The position numbers and the translations under genes were made by a program. A stretch of 64,000 bases of DNA, from NCBI RefSeq assembly GCF_044704955.1, contig NC_091989.1, positions 44,702,001 through 44,766,000 on the forward strand, given 5' to 3'. Of the stretch, positions 25,417 to 38,800 are shown in pieces. Position 1 is the first letter of the stretch. Each line of letters begins with the position of its first letter. The notes under the pieces are model-generated. The model worked only from the letters and a program-made list of their open reading frames with translations, was not told where the DNA came from and made no database searches. The stretch is from Pristiophorus japonicus (lineage: Eukaryota).

Positions 25417-28400
25417 AGGCCCGAGTTTGGTCAAACCTTAGGTCCGTCCATTTTTCAGCGCTCCCCGGGCGGTGCGTGATGTTTTTCCGACCGCTACCGC
25501 TGGGGCCAACCGGGCATGAGTTTCATCCTGGTTTTGTTGGTGGGAGCGGGAGCGGCAGACAGTGGGAGGCATCGGCTGGTAGTGGGGCAGCAGCGGGAGT
25601 CGGCGGTAGGTGCAGGCCTCTCGACTCGGGAAACATCGGAGGCCATGCATTGCGCATGCGCAAGATTTGGATTTTTATTTGTAGTTTCTTTTGCCTGATG
25701 ACATCACTTTTCCCGGGATTATGGCTGAGGGCTCGGCTGCACATATGCATAGAACCTCATTACTGACAGTTGCCTGACAGTTGCAGAGGGGAGTGATTTA
25801 TAGAGAGAGAGACAACAGATTCATCAGCCATCCACCATGCAAACCTCTCATGAGTGGAAGAAAAGCTGCAGGCAGGCTCAGAGCTCCCTGGTTAACTGAT
25901 GGTGAGCTGGAGGCACTTGTCTCTGAGGTGGAGCGCTGTTACAGAGACCTCACCCGGGGTGGTCGTGGAAAGCCAGCCCCGCCCCAATATAAATGCATTT
26001 GGCGGGAGATTGGGGAGGCCGTGTGCACAGTGGACATCATGGTTTGTGATGGAGACCAGTGCAGGAAGAGATGGAATGATGTGGTAGCGTCAGCAAGAGT
26101 AATTAAAGATCTTATTGTTGCACTCCTGTACTACTCAAAAGGTATATGTGGCCGTTGTGTGTGTGTATGTGTGAGTGTGTGTGTTGCATGTGCAAACCAG
26201 TTAAAGATTGCTACTTTTATTTCTGCAGAAGAAAAGAACAGCCAACGCCTCAAAGCAGTGTGGCACGGGAGGGGGCCCACCAGTGATCATGGAAGTGACA
26301 GACATAAAGGAACGTGCCTTGGCGTTAGTGGGTGACCACCCCCGTGCCACCACACATGGTTGTGCCGATCCCGTGCTACAGCATGGTAAGTTTATACAAC
26401 TCTCCGGCCTGTGTTACGCTCATGTTATGCAAGGTCATGTAATGTGATGTAAAATGCATTTTAATGTACTGTGTGTCGGCCATTTAGGGTGTGGTGATGT
26501 AGCGATGGAAGTCCTTGAAATAAGAATGTGAAACGTCACGGTACTTATGTCAGCGTTTCCAACAACCCCCCACTCCCCCCGCCACCCCCCCCCCCCCCCC
26601 GCTTCCCTGCTAAACACTGAAATGTTGTCTTGTACTTGCAGATGAATCGGAGAGCACTGACTTAGGCACCCCATCCACCTCTGGCACACAAAGGCCATGT
26701 GCAACATCAACACCGTCCACCTTGACCTCATCAGGAGCCCACCCAGCAGCTCCTCTGGTGCCCCCCACTCAACATCCCCCATAGCCCCGCATCCAACTCC
26801 ACAACCCACAGAGATGAAGAGCAGGAGGAAGAGCTGGGAGAAGACCCAGTGTTTTGTCCCACATGAGCTTGAGGAGATGGAAGAGGAGGACCCCTCTTGA
26901 CATGTGTGCCATCAGTGCGCCCAACATCAGTATCAGGGTCCAAGTTTTTTGGGCTTCGAGTCAGAGGAAGCGGGATCAAGTGTTGTGAAGCGCAGCACCC
27001 GTGCCGGTAAAGCGACCAAGCCACTTCCACCCAGGTTGATGCAGCAAGGAGATGATGATGCAAGACGGGTGGCAGCAATGCAGGAAATGGTGCAGCTGTC
27101 GAGGACGAGCATCGACCTAGGTCGAGAGCTGCTCCAAGTCCATGGCTGGGATAGCTGCCAACATTGCCACATTTGCAGAGCAGCATATCAACAGTATTTC
27201 GCTGCTGATCACCGCGGTGCAGCGAACCATCGACTCTGTCGATGCTATGCAGCAATCGATGGTCTCAGGCCATGGCATGGAAGCCCCCCCGATGCCATAC
27301 CAGCCAGGCTGACAGACCTGAGGGTCCGGAGATTTCAACATTCTCCAGATTTCAACCTACATTCTCTCCCCGACGAACACGACAGCAGCACTCTGGGTGC
27401 ACTGCTGCACAATGTGCTGGTACCGACACAGTGAGGGGCAGGGGTGCGGGTCGGCGTGGGGATGGCCAACCAATGAAGAGGACAATGGGGCTCACTTGGA
27501 TGAGGGGGAAGAGAGGCAGTGGGAGTGGGTAGAGGGTTGGCTGTTGGTCTTGGTGAAGTTGGTACATATTGTTAATGTTGTTGTTGGTGTTTCAGATGTT
27601 TCCTTTTGATGCTAAATGTACTGCTTTTTGAAATAATGTAAAATAGTTTACTTTACATGTTTGAATGTTCTGTCACTGTTGAATTCAATACAAAAACATT
27701 TCTGAACAACTCATGGTCAGTGCCTAACTTTTAGATAATGAGGGGTACATGCTGAGATACATACAAATGTCCTTTAAATGTGGTGCCGTCTGATCATATC
27801 TTGCCTTACAGATATGATGCGACTCTTTAATGGGTCCTGACATCACATCATTTAGCTACAACAAGTAAGGGTCACCAATCCAGGATGGGTGGCTTTGAAT
27901 GACAGATAGTTGCAGAACTTGGAGGCCAGACATTATGTCTACATTTGAGTCTACATTTGTTTAGGTGACAGATTGCCGAACCCCACCCCTAACATTACAT
28001 GTTACTGACATTATGACAGTCGAATATATATATATATATATATTTGCATCTTCTGTAGTTGAGCTCATGTTGTTTTCAGGATCTCATCCTGGCACCTAAG
28101 AGAAACTTACAGGATTTTATTATTGACTATATACTCTGACATGAGCTCATAACAACTCTAGACTCATTGTGTCCCTAAATCTGTTCTGTTTGCAAAAGTG
28201 TCAAGACCCTTATAGCACAAGTCCATGGAGACTTTACTGTATTTCATAGCTCATTTCCACTTTCTACCCCCCCACCTATCCTTCAACGGAGCAGTTTTCC
28301 TTCAATGTGTCAACACTTTCTGAGCAGTTACCCTTCAATGTGTAAACTTTTTCTGAGGGTCTAATATTGCTGCAGCGTTTATATGTGAGCCAGAATGTGC

Positions 28401-28704
28401 TGCTCTGAACTGTTCTGCTCCATTGTCCCTTCTGTCCGCTTGAGAGCCAGGTAAGACCACCTTTTTCCCAACAGTATTTCTGGTGGGCGGCAACAGGATC
28501 TTAAAGGACCCTAACGTCCAAACTTTTGGTAACTTCTGCATGGACGGGCAGTATGCACTACCGCCGGCGATACTTCCCCGATGAAACTCCCGCCAGGTGG
28601 TAGTTGGGTGATAGGTTGGCGGTCCCTGAGGATTTTCTTCAAAAATGTATTCTTTGGGTGGTACCTCGGCAGCTGTGGGCAGTAGTTTGACTAAACTCGG
28701 GCCC
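25417..28704. mobile_element. Non-autonomous PIF/Harbinger transposon H1 (3.3 kb), Myb gene only
   Basis: TIR aggcccgagtttggtcaaa / tttgactaaactcgggccc; flanks ATC/CTC; no DDE transposase recognisable. Confidence 0.85.
25837..27532 (+). pseudogene. Harbinger Myb/SANT-like (NAIF1/MSANTD-type) gene; exons about 25837-26098, 26229-26385, 26642-27532
   Basis: RAPWLTDGELEALV...IWREI...QCRKRWND; GTGGGP in exon 2; GT-AG introns; stops and frameshifts in exon 3. Confidence 0.85.
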
Positions 28705-29234
28705 CTCATCTCTGATGTCTTCTGCTCAAGAATAACCTGCTGACACATTCACTACCAAAGATTACACACAATGGCCACTTTGGCATCATGGGAGAAGGGG
28801 CCCACAGAATTGTACCCCGCCATGGAGTCAAAGCTGTCAGGAGAGCAAGAGGATGAGGGTGGGTAGCAAATTGTTAAAATAGTTTAAAGGAAACAAATGA
28901 AGCATTTGCCTGTGGATATAAATGTCCTTTTCAGTGTGTATTCACCAGATAATGAAAGAAGTGAAGCGTATTGGTTGATTCAGAGATAAATCGGCATTTT
29001 AAGCAAATGGTGCATGATTTTTTAAAGAAAACTGCTTCAGCATGTGAAATAATGGTTTAAAAAAATAAATCTAAACTGCAGCATCTGTTAAACTCAGATC
29101 ATCGTAATCAGAAGTTACAATGCCTTCTGAAGGGCAAAAGTCAAGAATAGTTTATGATATGGTTACACATGAGAAAAGTGAATCAACGGGGCTTCCAAGC
29201 TAACTGTTTCCCGATTAATCATATACAATGTGTA

Positions 29235-30979
29235 AACATAGAAACATAGAAAATAGGTGCAGGAGTAGGCCATTCGGCCCTTCGAGGCTGCACCATCATT
29301 CAATAAGATCATGGCTGATCGTTCACCTCAGTACTCCTTTCCTGCTTTCTCTCCATACCCCTTGATCCCTTTAGCCATAAGGGCCATATCTAACTCTCTC
29401 TTGAATATATCCAATGAACTGGCATCAACAACTCTCTGCGGCAGGGAATTCCACAGGTTAACAACTCTCTGAGTGAAGAAGTTTCTCTTCATCTCAGTCC
29501 TAAATGGCACACCCCTTATTCTTAGACTGTGACCCCTGGTTCTGGACTTCCCCAACATTGGGAACATTCTTCCTGCATCTAATCTGTCCAGTTCCGTCAG
29601 AATCTTATATGTTTCTATGAGATCCCCTCTCATCCTTCTAAACTCCAGTGAATACAGGCCCAGTCTATCCAGTCTTTCCTCATATGTCAGTCCCGCCATC
29701 CCAGGAATCAGTCTGGTGAACCTTCGGTGCACTCCCTCAATAGCAAGAACGTCCTTCCTCAGATTAGGAGACCAAAACTGAACACAATATTCCAGGTGAG
29801 GCCTCACTAAGGCCCTGTACAACTGCAGTAAGACCTCCCTGCTCCTATACTCAAATCCCCTAGCTATGAAGGCCAACATACCGTTTGCCTTCTTCACCGC
29901 CCGCTGTATCTGCATGCCAACTTTCAATGACTGATGTAGCATGACACCCAAGTCTCATTGCACCTCCCCTCTTCCTAATCTGCCGTCATTCAGATAATAT
30001 TCTGTCTTTGTGTTTTTGCCACCAAAGTGGATAACCTCACATTTATCCACATTATATTGCATCTGCCATGAGTTTGCCCACTCACCTAACCTGTCAAATT
30101 CACCCTGCAGCCTCTTAGTGTCCTCCTCACAGCTCACACCGCCACCCAGCTTAGAGTCATCTGCAAACTTGGAGATATTACACTCAATTCCTTCATCTAA
30201 ATCATTAATGTATATTGTAAATAGTTGGGGTCCCAGCACTGAGCCCTGCGGCACCCCACTAGTCACTGCCTGCCATTCTGAAATGGACCCATTTACCCGA
30301 CTCTCTGCTTCATGTCTGCCAACCAGTTCTCTATCCACGTCAGTACATTACCCCAATACCATGTGCTTTAATTTTGCAAACCAATCTCTTGTGTGGGACC
30401 TTGTCAAAAGCCTTTTGAAAGTCCAAATACACCAAATCCACTGGTTCTCCCTGTCCATTCTACCAGTTACATTGTCAAAAAATTCTAGAAGATTTGTCAA
30501 GCATGATTTCCCTTTCATAAATCCATGCTGACCATGACCGATCCTGTCACTGCTTTCCAAATGCGCTGCTATTTCAGCTTTAATAATTGATTCCAACATT
30601 TTCCCCACTACTGATGTCAGGCTAACCAATTTATAATTACCCATTTTCTCTCTCCCTCATTCTTAAAAAGTAGTGTTACATTAGCTACCCTCCAGTCCAT
30701 AGGAACTGATCCAGAGTCAATAGACTTTTAGAAAATGATCACCAATGCATCCACTATTTCTAATGCCACTTCCTTAAGTACTCTGGGATGCAGACTATCA
30801 GGCCCCGGGGATTTATCAGCCTTCAATCAGATTTCCTTCAGTTCCTCCTTCTCGCTAGACCCTCGATCCTCTAGTATTTCCGGAAGGGTATTTGTGTCTT
30901 CCTTCGTGAAGACAGAACCAAAGTACTTGTTCAACTGGTCTGCCATTTCTTTGTTCCCCATTATAAATTCACCTGAATC
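29235..30979 (-). mobile_element. 5'-truncated CR1 LINE
   Basis: aaacatagaaacatag tail; RT ORFs 29328-30644. Confidence 0.95.
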
Positions 30980-31625
30980 GTGCATTGTCATGGATTTTTT
31001 AGTTTATTTCCTTGAAGGAGGCAAAACCTCCAAGAAAGAAAAATGACAACAAATTCCTTGCTGGCCATAGACTATTGAAGGGAAATGCTAGGATACCAAT
31101 CTCTAATATGCAATAAACAACCTTGACCAGTTACTTTCCACAAATTCCATTTATATTTTTTACATTTTCCATTAACAAGAAGACTAGGGGCTAGATTTTA
31201 CACTTTTGTGCAAATCGCCCAAAAATGGGCGTTATTTCCAACGTGGGCGGTAAAAATAGGTTTTCAGATCAAAGGCATGTCGCCCATTCTCAATGCCCCT
31301 AGTCTCCATTTTTTAAATTGGGCATTACCGCGAGCGATATGAAATGGGCGGTAGCGTTAAATCTCTCTGACCTTCTGCCGTAAAGTGTCGCCGTACTTAG
31401 CAATGGCATGGCGATGCTCGATTCCCGTGATTCAGGAGGTCAAGGGTCATCATGACATGCACAGAAGAGGAGACAGAGAGTGAGGGAGCTGAGAGGGACT
31501 GAAGGCATGTGTGCGTATGGTGTGACTGCTTTGGGAGGAAGAAGGGAGAGTTTAGAGCTTTAGAGCAAATAGGGAAACAATAATTAGCTGTTACCAGCCA
31601 AATATTTGCCTGAATAGGGCCTATA

Positions 31626-33491
31626 ATGGAGGGAGAGGAGGAGGCGTCACAGCACGCTGTGGAGACTGACGCTGGCGAGAGCAGCGAGCTGGGAGAGGAG
31701 CACATTGGAAGGCGCAAAAGAGCGAGGAGGTGCTCGGACGAGGCAAATGCCTCCCTCCTGCAGGAAGTCGAGACACGCTGGCGTGATTTGATCCAGGGAG
31801 GGCGTAGGAAGCCCACCCCAAAGGCCTACCAGAAGATATGGGCCGAGATAGCAGAGGTGGTCTCGTCGATGATCAACGAGATGCGTGAGGGCAACCAATG
31901 CCGCAAACGATCGAACGCCCTTGTGGGATCCGCAAGAGTAAGTATTACATTTATTTACATGTACTTATGTATTTATATAATTTGATTTGTAACAGTCATG
32001 AGTGACTATCAGCAGATGTGAGGTCTTTCACTTTTACCAGGAATGTCGTAGTCAAAGCCTGCGGTTACGGTGCATGTCTTCAGGTAAAGAATGATAATTA
32101 TCATAATAATCATGATTACTTCTGTCGGTTATGTATTATCCGTCTCTGTGACAGTATCTAGCAATGATATCATGCAATGATCTCATGCCATGTGATCCTG
32201 TCACCTTTTACAGAAGAAGCTATCGACGATGAGGTCCATGCAGAGGCGAACGGGTGGGAGGCCACCAGTTCCCAGCGACATCACTGAGATGGAGGAGTGG
32301 GTGCTCGCACTCATGGGGAAGCACACCCGGACAGCCAAGCAAACATCTGCAGATCCTGAAGTGAAGCGACGTGAGTAAAGTTTACACCATTGCGTGATGC
32401 AAAGTCAATAGGTGCCACACCCATTCATATCCGAACAATCATATATGATAAATGATTTCAAAAATTGTCCTAGAAATAATGCTGGCCTAATGAAAATCAT
32501 TGCAATGCACAATGTATTGATGGTCATGAAATGTGATGTCTGTGATGATCTTGATAGCGGTGGTGCTTTTGTCATGCATATGCTGTGTGTAGCACCCCCT
32601 TCTCCTCTAATAACCTCATTTGTGTTTTGCAGTTCAGCCAGCAGCGCAGCCCAAGGCAAGATGACAGAGGCCAGAAGGTGGGAGCGCGGGGCCAGACTCG
32701 TTGGACGATCCTACATGTGCTGAGGAGCTCCGATTGTCACCCGTCAATCCACTGGGTCTGTTCTCTACGAATGAGAGAGCGGACTTCAAGGAACCTGCAT
32801 TGTCACGCTCCAGAAGTCATTCCACCCCAAGGCCATCTAGTGCTCCTCCGGTCATTCCCGCCTCCACTCTGGAGGTACCGGCCCCAAGCACCTCACCACA
32901 GGGCACTCCATTTGTCCCCAGGATGGCGCCGATACCGCGGACATTTCATAGACGCGGCAGGTCTGGTCCACGAGCGCGACATGAGAGTGGAGGGATGGTA
33001 CAGTTGTCCAGGAGGACTGTAGACATTGGTGACCAGCTCCTCGAAGCATTGGGGGGACATATCCCGACAGCTGGCCACCATGACCGAGTACATTCCGCGG
33101 ATGGCGGAGGCTCTGGATGCGATAGCCAGGAACACTGCTGGCACAGGCCTCCCAGTGGTCCCGGAGCGCGGCACTCCACCCCAAGGTTCCGCACCACCAC
33201 TGCGAACGACAGATGAGAGGCAGGACTAAGATCCTGCTTCTGGCTCAGAGAATGTTCCCCCCTCGGCACCCCCCGGCTCCTGTACCTGTCCAACCACTGC
33301 CTCTGCCTTCAACCCCCCCCACCCCCGCAATGAGGCACCGCCTGAAGAGCTCTTCGGCCAAGCGCCATGGAGCGAGGAGGGGAAGGGGTAGAGGTGGGGA
33401 GAAGAAGGGGAGGGGGGGAAGGAAAGTGAGGTGTATGTCTGCAGTGATGGCTGTGTTAAATCTCCATCTGGGTGTATGCAATTTGTTGTAA
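31626..33491 (+). pseudogene. Harbinger Myb/SANT-like gene; exons 31626-31937, 32214-32370, 32633 to about 33490
   Basis: RARRCSDEANASLL...IWAEIAE...QCRKR; RTGG; gtaagt and gtgagt donors; few lesions, all seen in exon 3. Confidence 0.88.
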
Positions 33492-33754
33492 TGTACGGGG
33501 GGAGGGGAACCGCCCTTCTTCTTTGCATTTGTATTCTGTGTTGCTGGACATGTTGACCATTTAATTGATGTCAATGGTGGAAAAAGTTGGGTGTGGGCGG
33601 GGGTGGGGTGTTTTTGCCCGTGATACTTATGATTTCAGACCAATGTTGGTATAAAACAATTTTTATTGAACATAACTTTGTTGTGCATTGTCTCAGATAG
33701 CTGGACTGTTAAACACTGGTGATTCCTTAACATGAAAGAGTTAAATAAAACTTG

Positions 33755-34031
33755 ATCTCGACCGACACTGATGTCCTGATGGCAGGCTGCATATGTGGCC
33801 TGATGAGCTCACATATTTCATTGATCACCACCTTGTGGAAGAGCAGTCTCCGAAGGCAGGTGTGGTCGGACACATCAAGGTAAGACCTCTTTTCCCTGTA
33901 TGTGCGGGGTGTGTATGGTCTGGACCTCCTCCTCATTCTGGCACATCTTAAATTGGGCACATAATGATGTGCATCACACATTGAGCCATCAGCATATTAA
34001 TCGATGCAGGCTGAGAAATGGCAGGCCCCAT
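33755..34031 (-). pseudogene. N-terminal stub of a HARBI1-like transposase
   Basis: RPYTPRTYREKRSYLDVSDHTCLRRLLFHK..ICELI..SVEIK, then abrupt AT-rich sequence with AATAAA; catalytic core absent. Confidence 0.75.
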
Positions 34032-34929
34032 TGCAATGAAAGCATAATAGCAATTGATCAGAAGCAATCATTTCCTCACTAAAATACACCTACAGTAAAC
34101 CCCCAATAGTCCAGAGTCTGAAAAATTGTCTGTTGAGATGGTCACTTCACCTGAGAAGAACTCCAGAGTCAATCCAACTCCCCCGAAATTGACATAGCCT
34201 TTTGAATGCAGCGACCTACGATTTAATAAATGGCGCCCACACTGCTGTGATTTGTTCAGAACAGTTCCACTTTTTCTGACCGGTATTTTGGGCGAGCGAT
34301 ATTGTGGGCGATATGTGTGCGAGGTGGTGAAAGTGACGCAGGATGATCTCCTGGGCGTTAGTTTCGGCAAATGTGATCATTACGACAAAAAAAAGTGGGC
34401 GGTCGGTATTATTGAATCTCGGCGTTAATTACGTGTGGAAACTAATGCTGGGCTATATCATGGGCATGGATTTCGCCCATTCTGATGATTCCGCCCAAAA
34501 AAAGTGGGCGTGTGGTATTATATTTTCCCGCCGTTACACTCATGGGAAAAGTAACGCTCAGCAATAAGTGTCTGAAAAATGGGCGTCAGTTTCCATTTTG
34601 TGCCTAAATGGGCGATATCTGGGTTTTATATGTCATTTCAGTGGTAAAATGGGTGTTAAGTGGGCGTTATGCATGCAAAAACAGTGGAAAATCTAGCCCC
34701 ATGTGCTTAGCATTTCATAGTGTATCGGAAGTAACCATACATCAAGATAGGAATTGGAACAGGAAGGAAATGTCGGATTCATCGATGAGATTGTCCAGGC
34801 AAGTAAGTTTTCAACAGTAAATACTTGTTCCATGGATAATGACGCGTAGGAGGGACAACACGAGCAATGCATGGCACCATGAAAAAAGTGGATGCCTAAG
34901 GGAAGAGGGTTGTGCAGAATTGTAATGTA

Positions 34930-35500
34930 TTATCACGTGGTTTGTCAATGTTCCATAGACATCTGGCCTGATCTCTGTTAGAAAAATTGCTTTCTTCCAT
35001 TCAGGAAGTCCTTTCTTTTGGGCTTGAACATTCTCATCTGCACCTTCAGTCTCAATAATGTTATTGGCCTTAAAGAACATCTCCATCCGTTCAATGTAAG
35101 AACTGAATGGTTCGTGAGCTCGGTCATACATTCCGAGGCTTCTGATGAATCCCGCTGGCGCAGCCATGACTGTCCCGATCCCATCGAACAGTAACTCAGC
35201 ACGCTATCTGTGTACCTGTGAGAATGAACGGTGCTGGTGCTGTGTATACAGATGGTTCTAGATGAGCATTTTAGTAAAAATCAAAAAGATTCAGTTTAGG
35301 TGTCACAAATTCACCTTGAACTTGTCCACTCGAAGGTTGAACACTGTGTACTTTCATGATCCCTAAAAATCGCCAACATGTGATCTTTGTGGGTAGAACA
35401 AATGATGGACAGTGACACGATGAGCTGTTAGTCCATGTGCTTGCTTTATTAGGCGAGAGCGAACTGAGCATGCTCATACTAAACCATGTGATAATACATT
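34930..35500 (-). mobile_element. Gypsy remnant: gag N-terminus, PBS-like tggcga and possible LTR
   Basis: MAAPAGFIRSLGMYD..FSSYIERMEMFFKANNI..KAIFLTEI resembles the gag at 18841-19209. Confidence 0.6.
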
Positions 35501-35869
35501 GCAAGAACCATAGTGATAGGTAGTAAGAGCTATGATGGTGAAAGGATTAAATAGGCACTTTTACAATGTAAATGAGTCCCAAATGAGATCTAGGATAAGG
35601 AGCGTAACGGATGGGATCAGAGGCATGTGAAGAGAGGGATGAGGATCAACCAACAGTTATGGTTCATGTCAAAATTAATAATTTAGGGAATAATAGGATT
35701 CAGGTCCTGCAAAGAAACAGTTCCAAGTGTTTGTAGGTAGACTAAGAACCAGGTCCTCAAAGGTAGTAATTTCAGGGATATTACCGGTGCAAGCCAATAT
35801 GGATGGACAAATTCAATGTCCACTGTCACTTCTAGAATTCTGGAAGTGTCAGAAAATGTTGAAGACCTG

Positions 35870-38800
35870 ATCATGGAAACAAATAAAAGAATGGTTTTAA
35901 AAATGTCTATACAGAGGGCGTGGTTAGATCATGGACCTCTGCCACAAATCACTGTATACAAGATTATTAGTGTTAAGGAAGGCCATTCAGCCAATATTAG
36001 CTCATTCATCCAGCCTGAAAGATCTTACGTGGATAGCACGTTTCTAGAGGCAGTCACCCCACAGCTTAAGAGTGTGCAGGCAGAGAGGGAGTGGGTGACT
36101 GCCAGACAGAAGTGAAGGACAAGGCAGGTAGTGCAGGAGTCCACTGAGTCCATTTTGCTCTCCAACCGGTACTCTGTTCTGGGTACCAGTGGGGGCGATA
36201 GTGGCTCTGGGGAATGCAGCCAGAGCCAAGTCCATGGCACCATGGGTGGCTCAGCTGCACAGGGAGGGAGGAAGAAGAATGGAAGAGCTATAGTTGTAGG
36301 GGATTCAATAGTCAGAGGAGCAGACAGGCGTTTCTGCAGCTGCAGACGTGACTCCAGGATGGTATGTTGCCTCCCTGGTGCCAGGGTCAAGGATGCCACT
36401 GAGCGGCTGCGGGGCATTCTGGGGGAAGCGGGTGAACAGCCAGAGGTCATGGTCCACATCGGTACCAATGACATAGGTAGGAAGAAGGATGAGGTCCTGC
36501 AGGGAGAGTTTGGGGAGCTAGGAGAGAGATTAAAAAGCAGGACCTCAAAGGTAGTAATCTCTGGACTACTCCCAGTGGCCATGAGCTAGTGAGTAGAGAA
36601 ATAGGAGGATAGAGCAGATGAATACGTGGCTGGGGAGATGGTGCAGGTGGGAGGGCTTTCGTTTCCTGAGGCATTGGGAGCATTTCTGGGGGAGGTGGGA
36701 CCTGTACAAGCCGGACGGATTGCACCTCAACAGAGCCGGGACCAAAGCCTCGTGGGGGGTGGGGGGTGGGGGGGAGTTTGCTACTGCTGTTGGGGAGAGT
36801 TTAAACTAGCTTGGCAGGGGGATGGGAACCTGAAACTAGATTCAGTAGGGAGGGGAGTAAAGCTGGAATTAGAAAGCAAAAATAAAGAAAGTGACTTTGA
36901 AGGAGAGAGGAAACAAGCAGGAAAAAAGGGTAAAAACACAAACTTAAAGGCACTTTGTCGAAATGCACGTAGCATTTGTAACACGATAGATGAGTTGGCG
37001 GCACAAATTGAGACAATTGGGTATGATCTGATAGCGATTACAGAGACGTGGTTGCAAGGTGACCAGGACTGGGAATTAAATATTATGGGGTACTTGACCA
37101 TCTGGAAGGACAGACAGAAAGGAAAAGGAGATGGGGTAGCTCTATTGATAAAGGATGGAATCACTGCAATAGTGAGAAACGATATTGGCTCAAATGATAA
37201 GGGTGTTGAAACAGTTTGGGTGGAGATAAGGAACAATAAGGGGAAAAAGTCACTGATGGGCGTAATCTATAGGTCTCCTAACAGTAGCAACTCTGTTGGT
37301 CGGAGCATATACCAGGAAATAATGGGGGCTTGTAAAAAGGGAACAGCAATAATCATGGGTGATTTTAACCTCCATATTGATTGGACAAATCAAATTGGTC
37401 AGGGTAGCCTTGAGGAGGAGTTCATAGAGTGCATAAGAGATGGGTTCCTTGAGCAGTATGTAACGGAACCAACCAGGGTGCAGGCTATCTTAGATCTGGT
37501 CCTGTGTAATGAGACAGGATTGATAAACAATCTCCTAGTAAAGGATCCCCTCGGAATGAGTGATCATAGCATGATTGAATTTCAAATTCAGATGGAGGGT
37601 GAGAAAGTTGGATCTCTAACCAGCGTACTAAGCTTAAATAAAGGAGACTATGAAGGTATGAGGGCAAAGTTGGTTAAAGTGGACTGGGAAAATAGATTAA
37701 AGTGTAGGACGGTTGATGAACAGTGGTGTACATTTAAGAAGATATTTCACAACTCTCAAGAAAAATATATTCCAGTGAGGAGGAAAGGGTGTAAGAGAAA
37801 AGATAGCCATCCATGGCTAACTAAAGAAATAAAGGACAGTATTCAATTAAAAACAAGGGCATACAAAGTGGCCAAAACTAGTGGGAGGACAGAAAACTGG
37901 GAAGCTTTTAAAAGCCAGCAAAGAACGACTAAAAAAATGATTAAGAAAGGGAAGGTAGACTATGAAAGTACACTAGCACAAAATATAAAAACAGATAGCA
38001 AGAGTTTCTATAGATATATAAAAAGGAAAAGGGTGGCTAAAGTAAATTTTGGTCCCCTAGAAGACAAGACCGGGGAACTAGTAATGGGAAACATGGAGAT
38101 GGCAGAAACTCTGAACAAATATTTTGCATTAGTCTTTACGGTAGAGGACACGAACAATATTCCGACAGTGGATAGTCTTGGGGCTATGGGGGGAAGGAAC
38201 TTAACACAATCATAATCACTAAGGAGGTGGTACTCAGTAAGATAATGGGACTAAAGGCAGATAAATCCCCTGGACCTGATGGCTTGCATCCTAGGGTCTT
38301 AAGAGAAGTAGCGGCAGGGATTGTGGGTGCATTGGTTGTAATTTACCAAAATTCCCTGGATTCTGGGGAGGTCCCAGCAGATTAGAAAATGGCAAATGTA
38401 ACACCCCTATTTAAAAAATGAGGCAGAAAAAAGCAGGAAACTATAGACCAGTTAGCCTAACATCTGTGGTTGGGAAAATGTTGGGGTCCATTATTAAAGA
38501 AGCAGTAGCAGGACATTTAGAAAAGCAAAATTCGGTCAGGCAGAGTCAGCATGGATTTATGAAGTGGAAGTCATGTTTGACAAATTTGCTGGTGTTCTTT
38601 GAGGATATAACGAACAGGGTGGATAAAGGGGAACCAGTGGATGTGGTGTATTTGGACTTCCAGAAGGCATTTGACAAGGTGCCACATAAAAGGTTACTGC
38701 ACAAGATAAAAGTTCACGGGTTTGGGGGTAATATATTAGCATGGATAGAGGATTGGCTAAGTAACAGAAAATAGAGAGTCGGGATAAATGGTTCATTCTC

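Larger units (their letters stand above)
31187..34700. mobile_element. Internally deleted PIF/Harbinger transposon H2 (3.5 kb)
   Basis: TIR ggggctagatttt(a/c)cact at both ends; Myb gene (+) and transposase stub (-) are convergent; TSD not cleanly readable. Confidence 0.9.

Noticed and set aside
28290-28358. About 33-bp tandem duplication and simple repeats such as (TA)n, (TG)n and poly-C
   Set aside because: Ordinary slippage products
36626-38215. 529-aa host protein
   Set aside because: It is CR1 ORF2 endonuclease plus linker with upstream read-through, and the RT part is frameshifted
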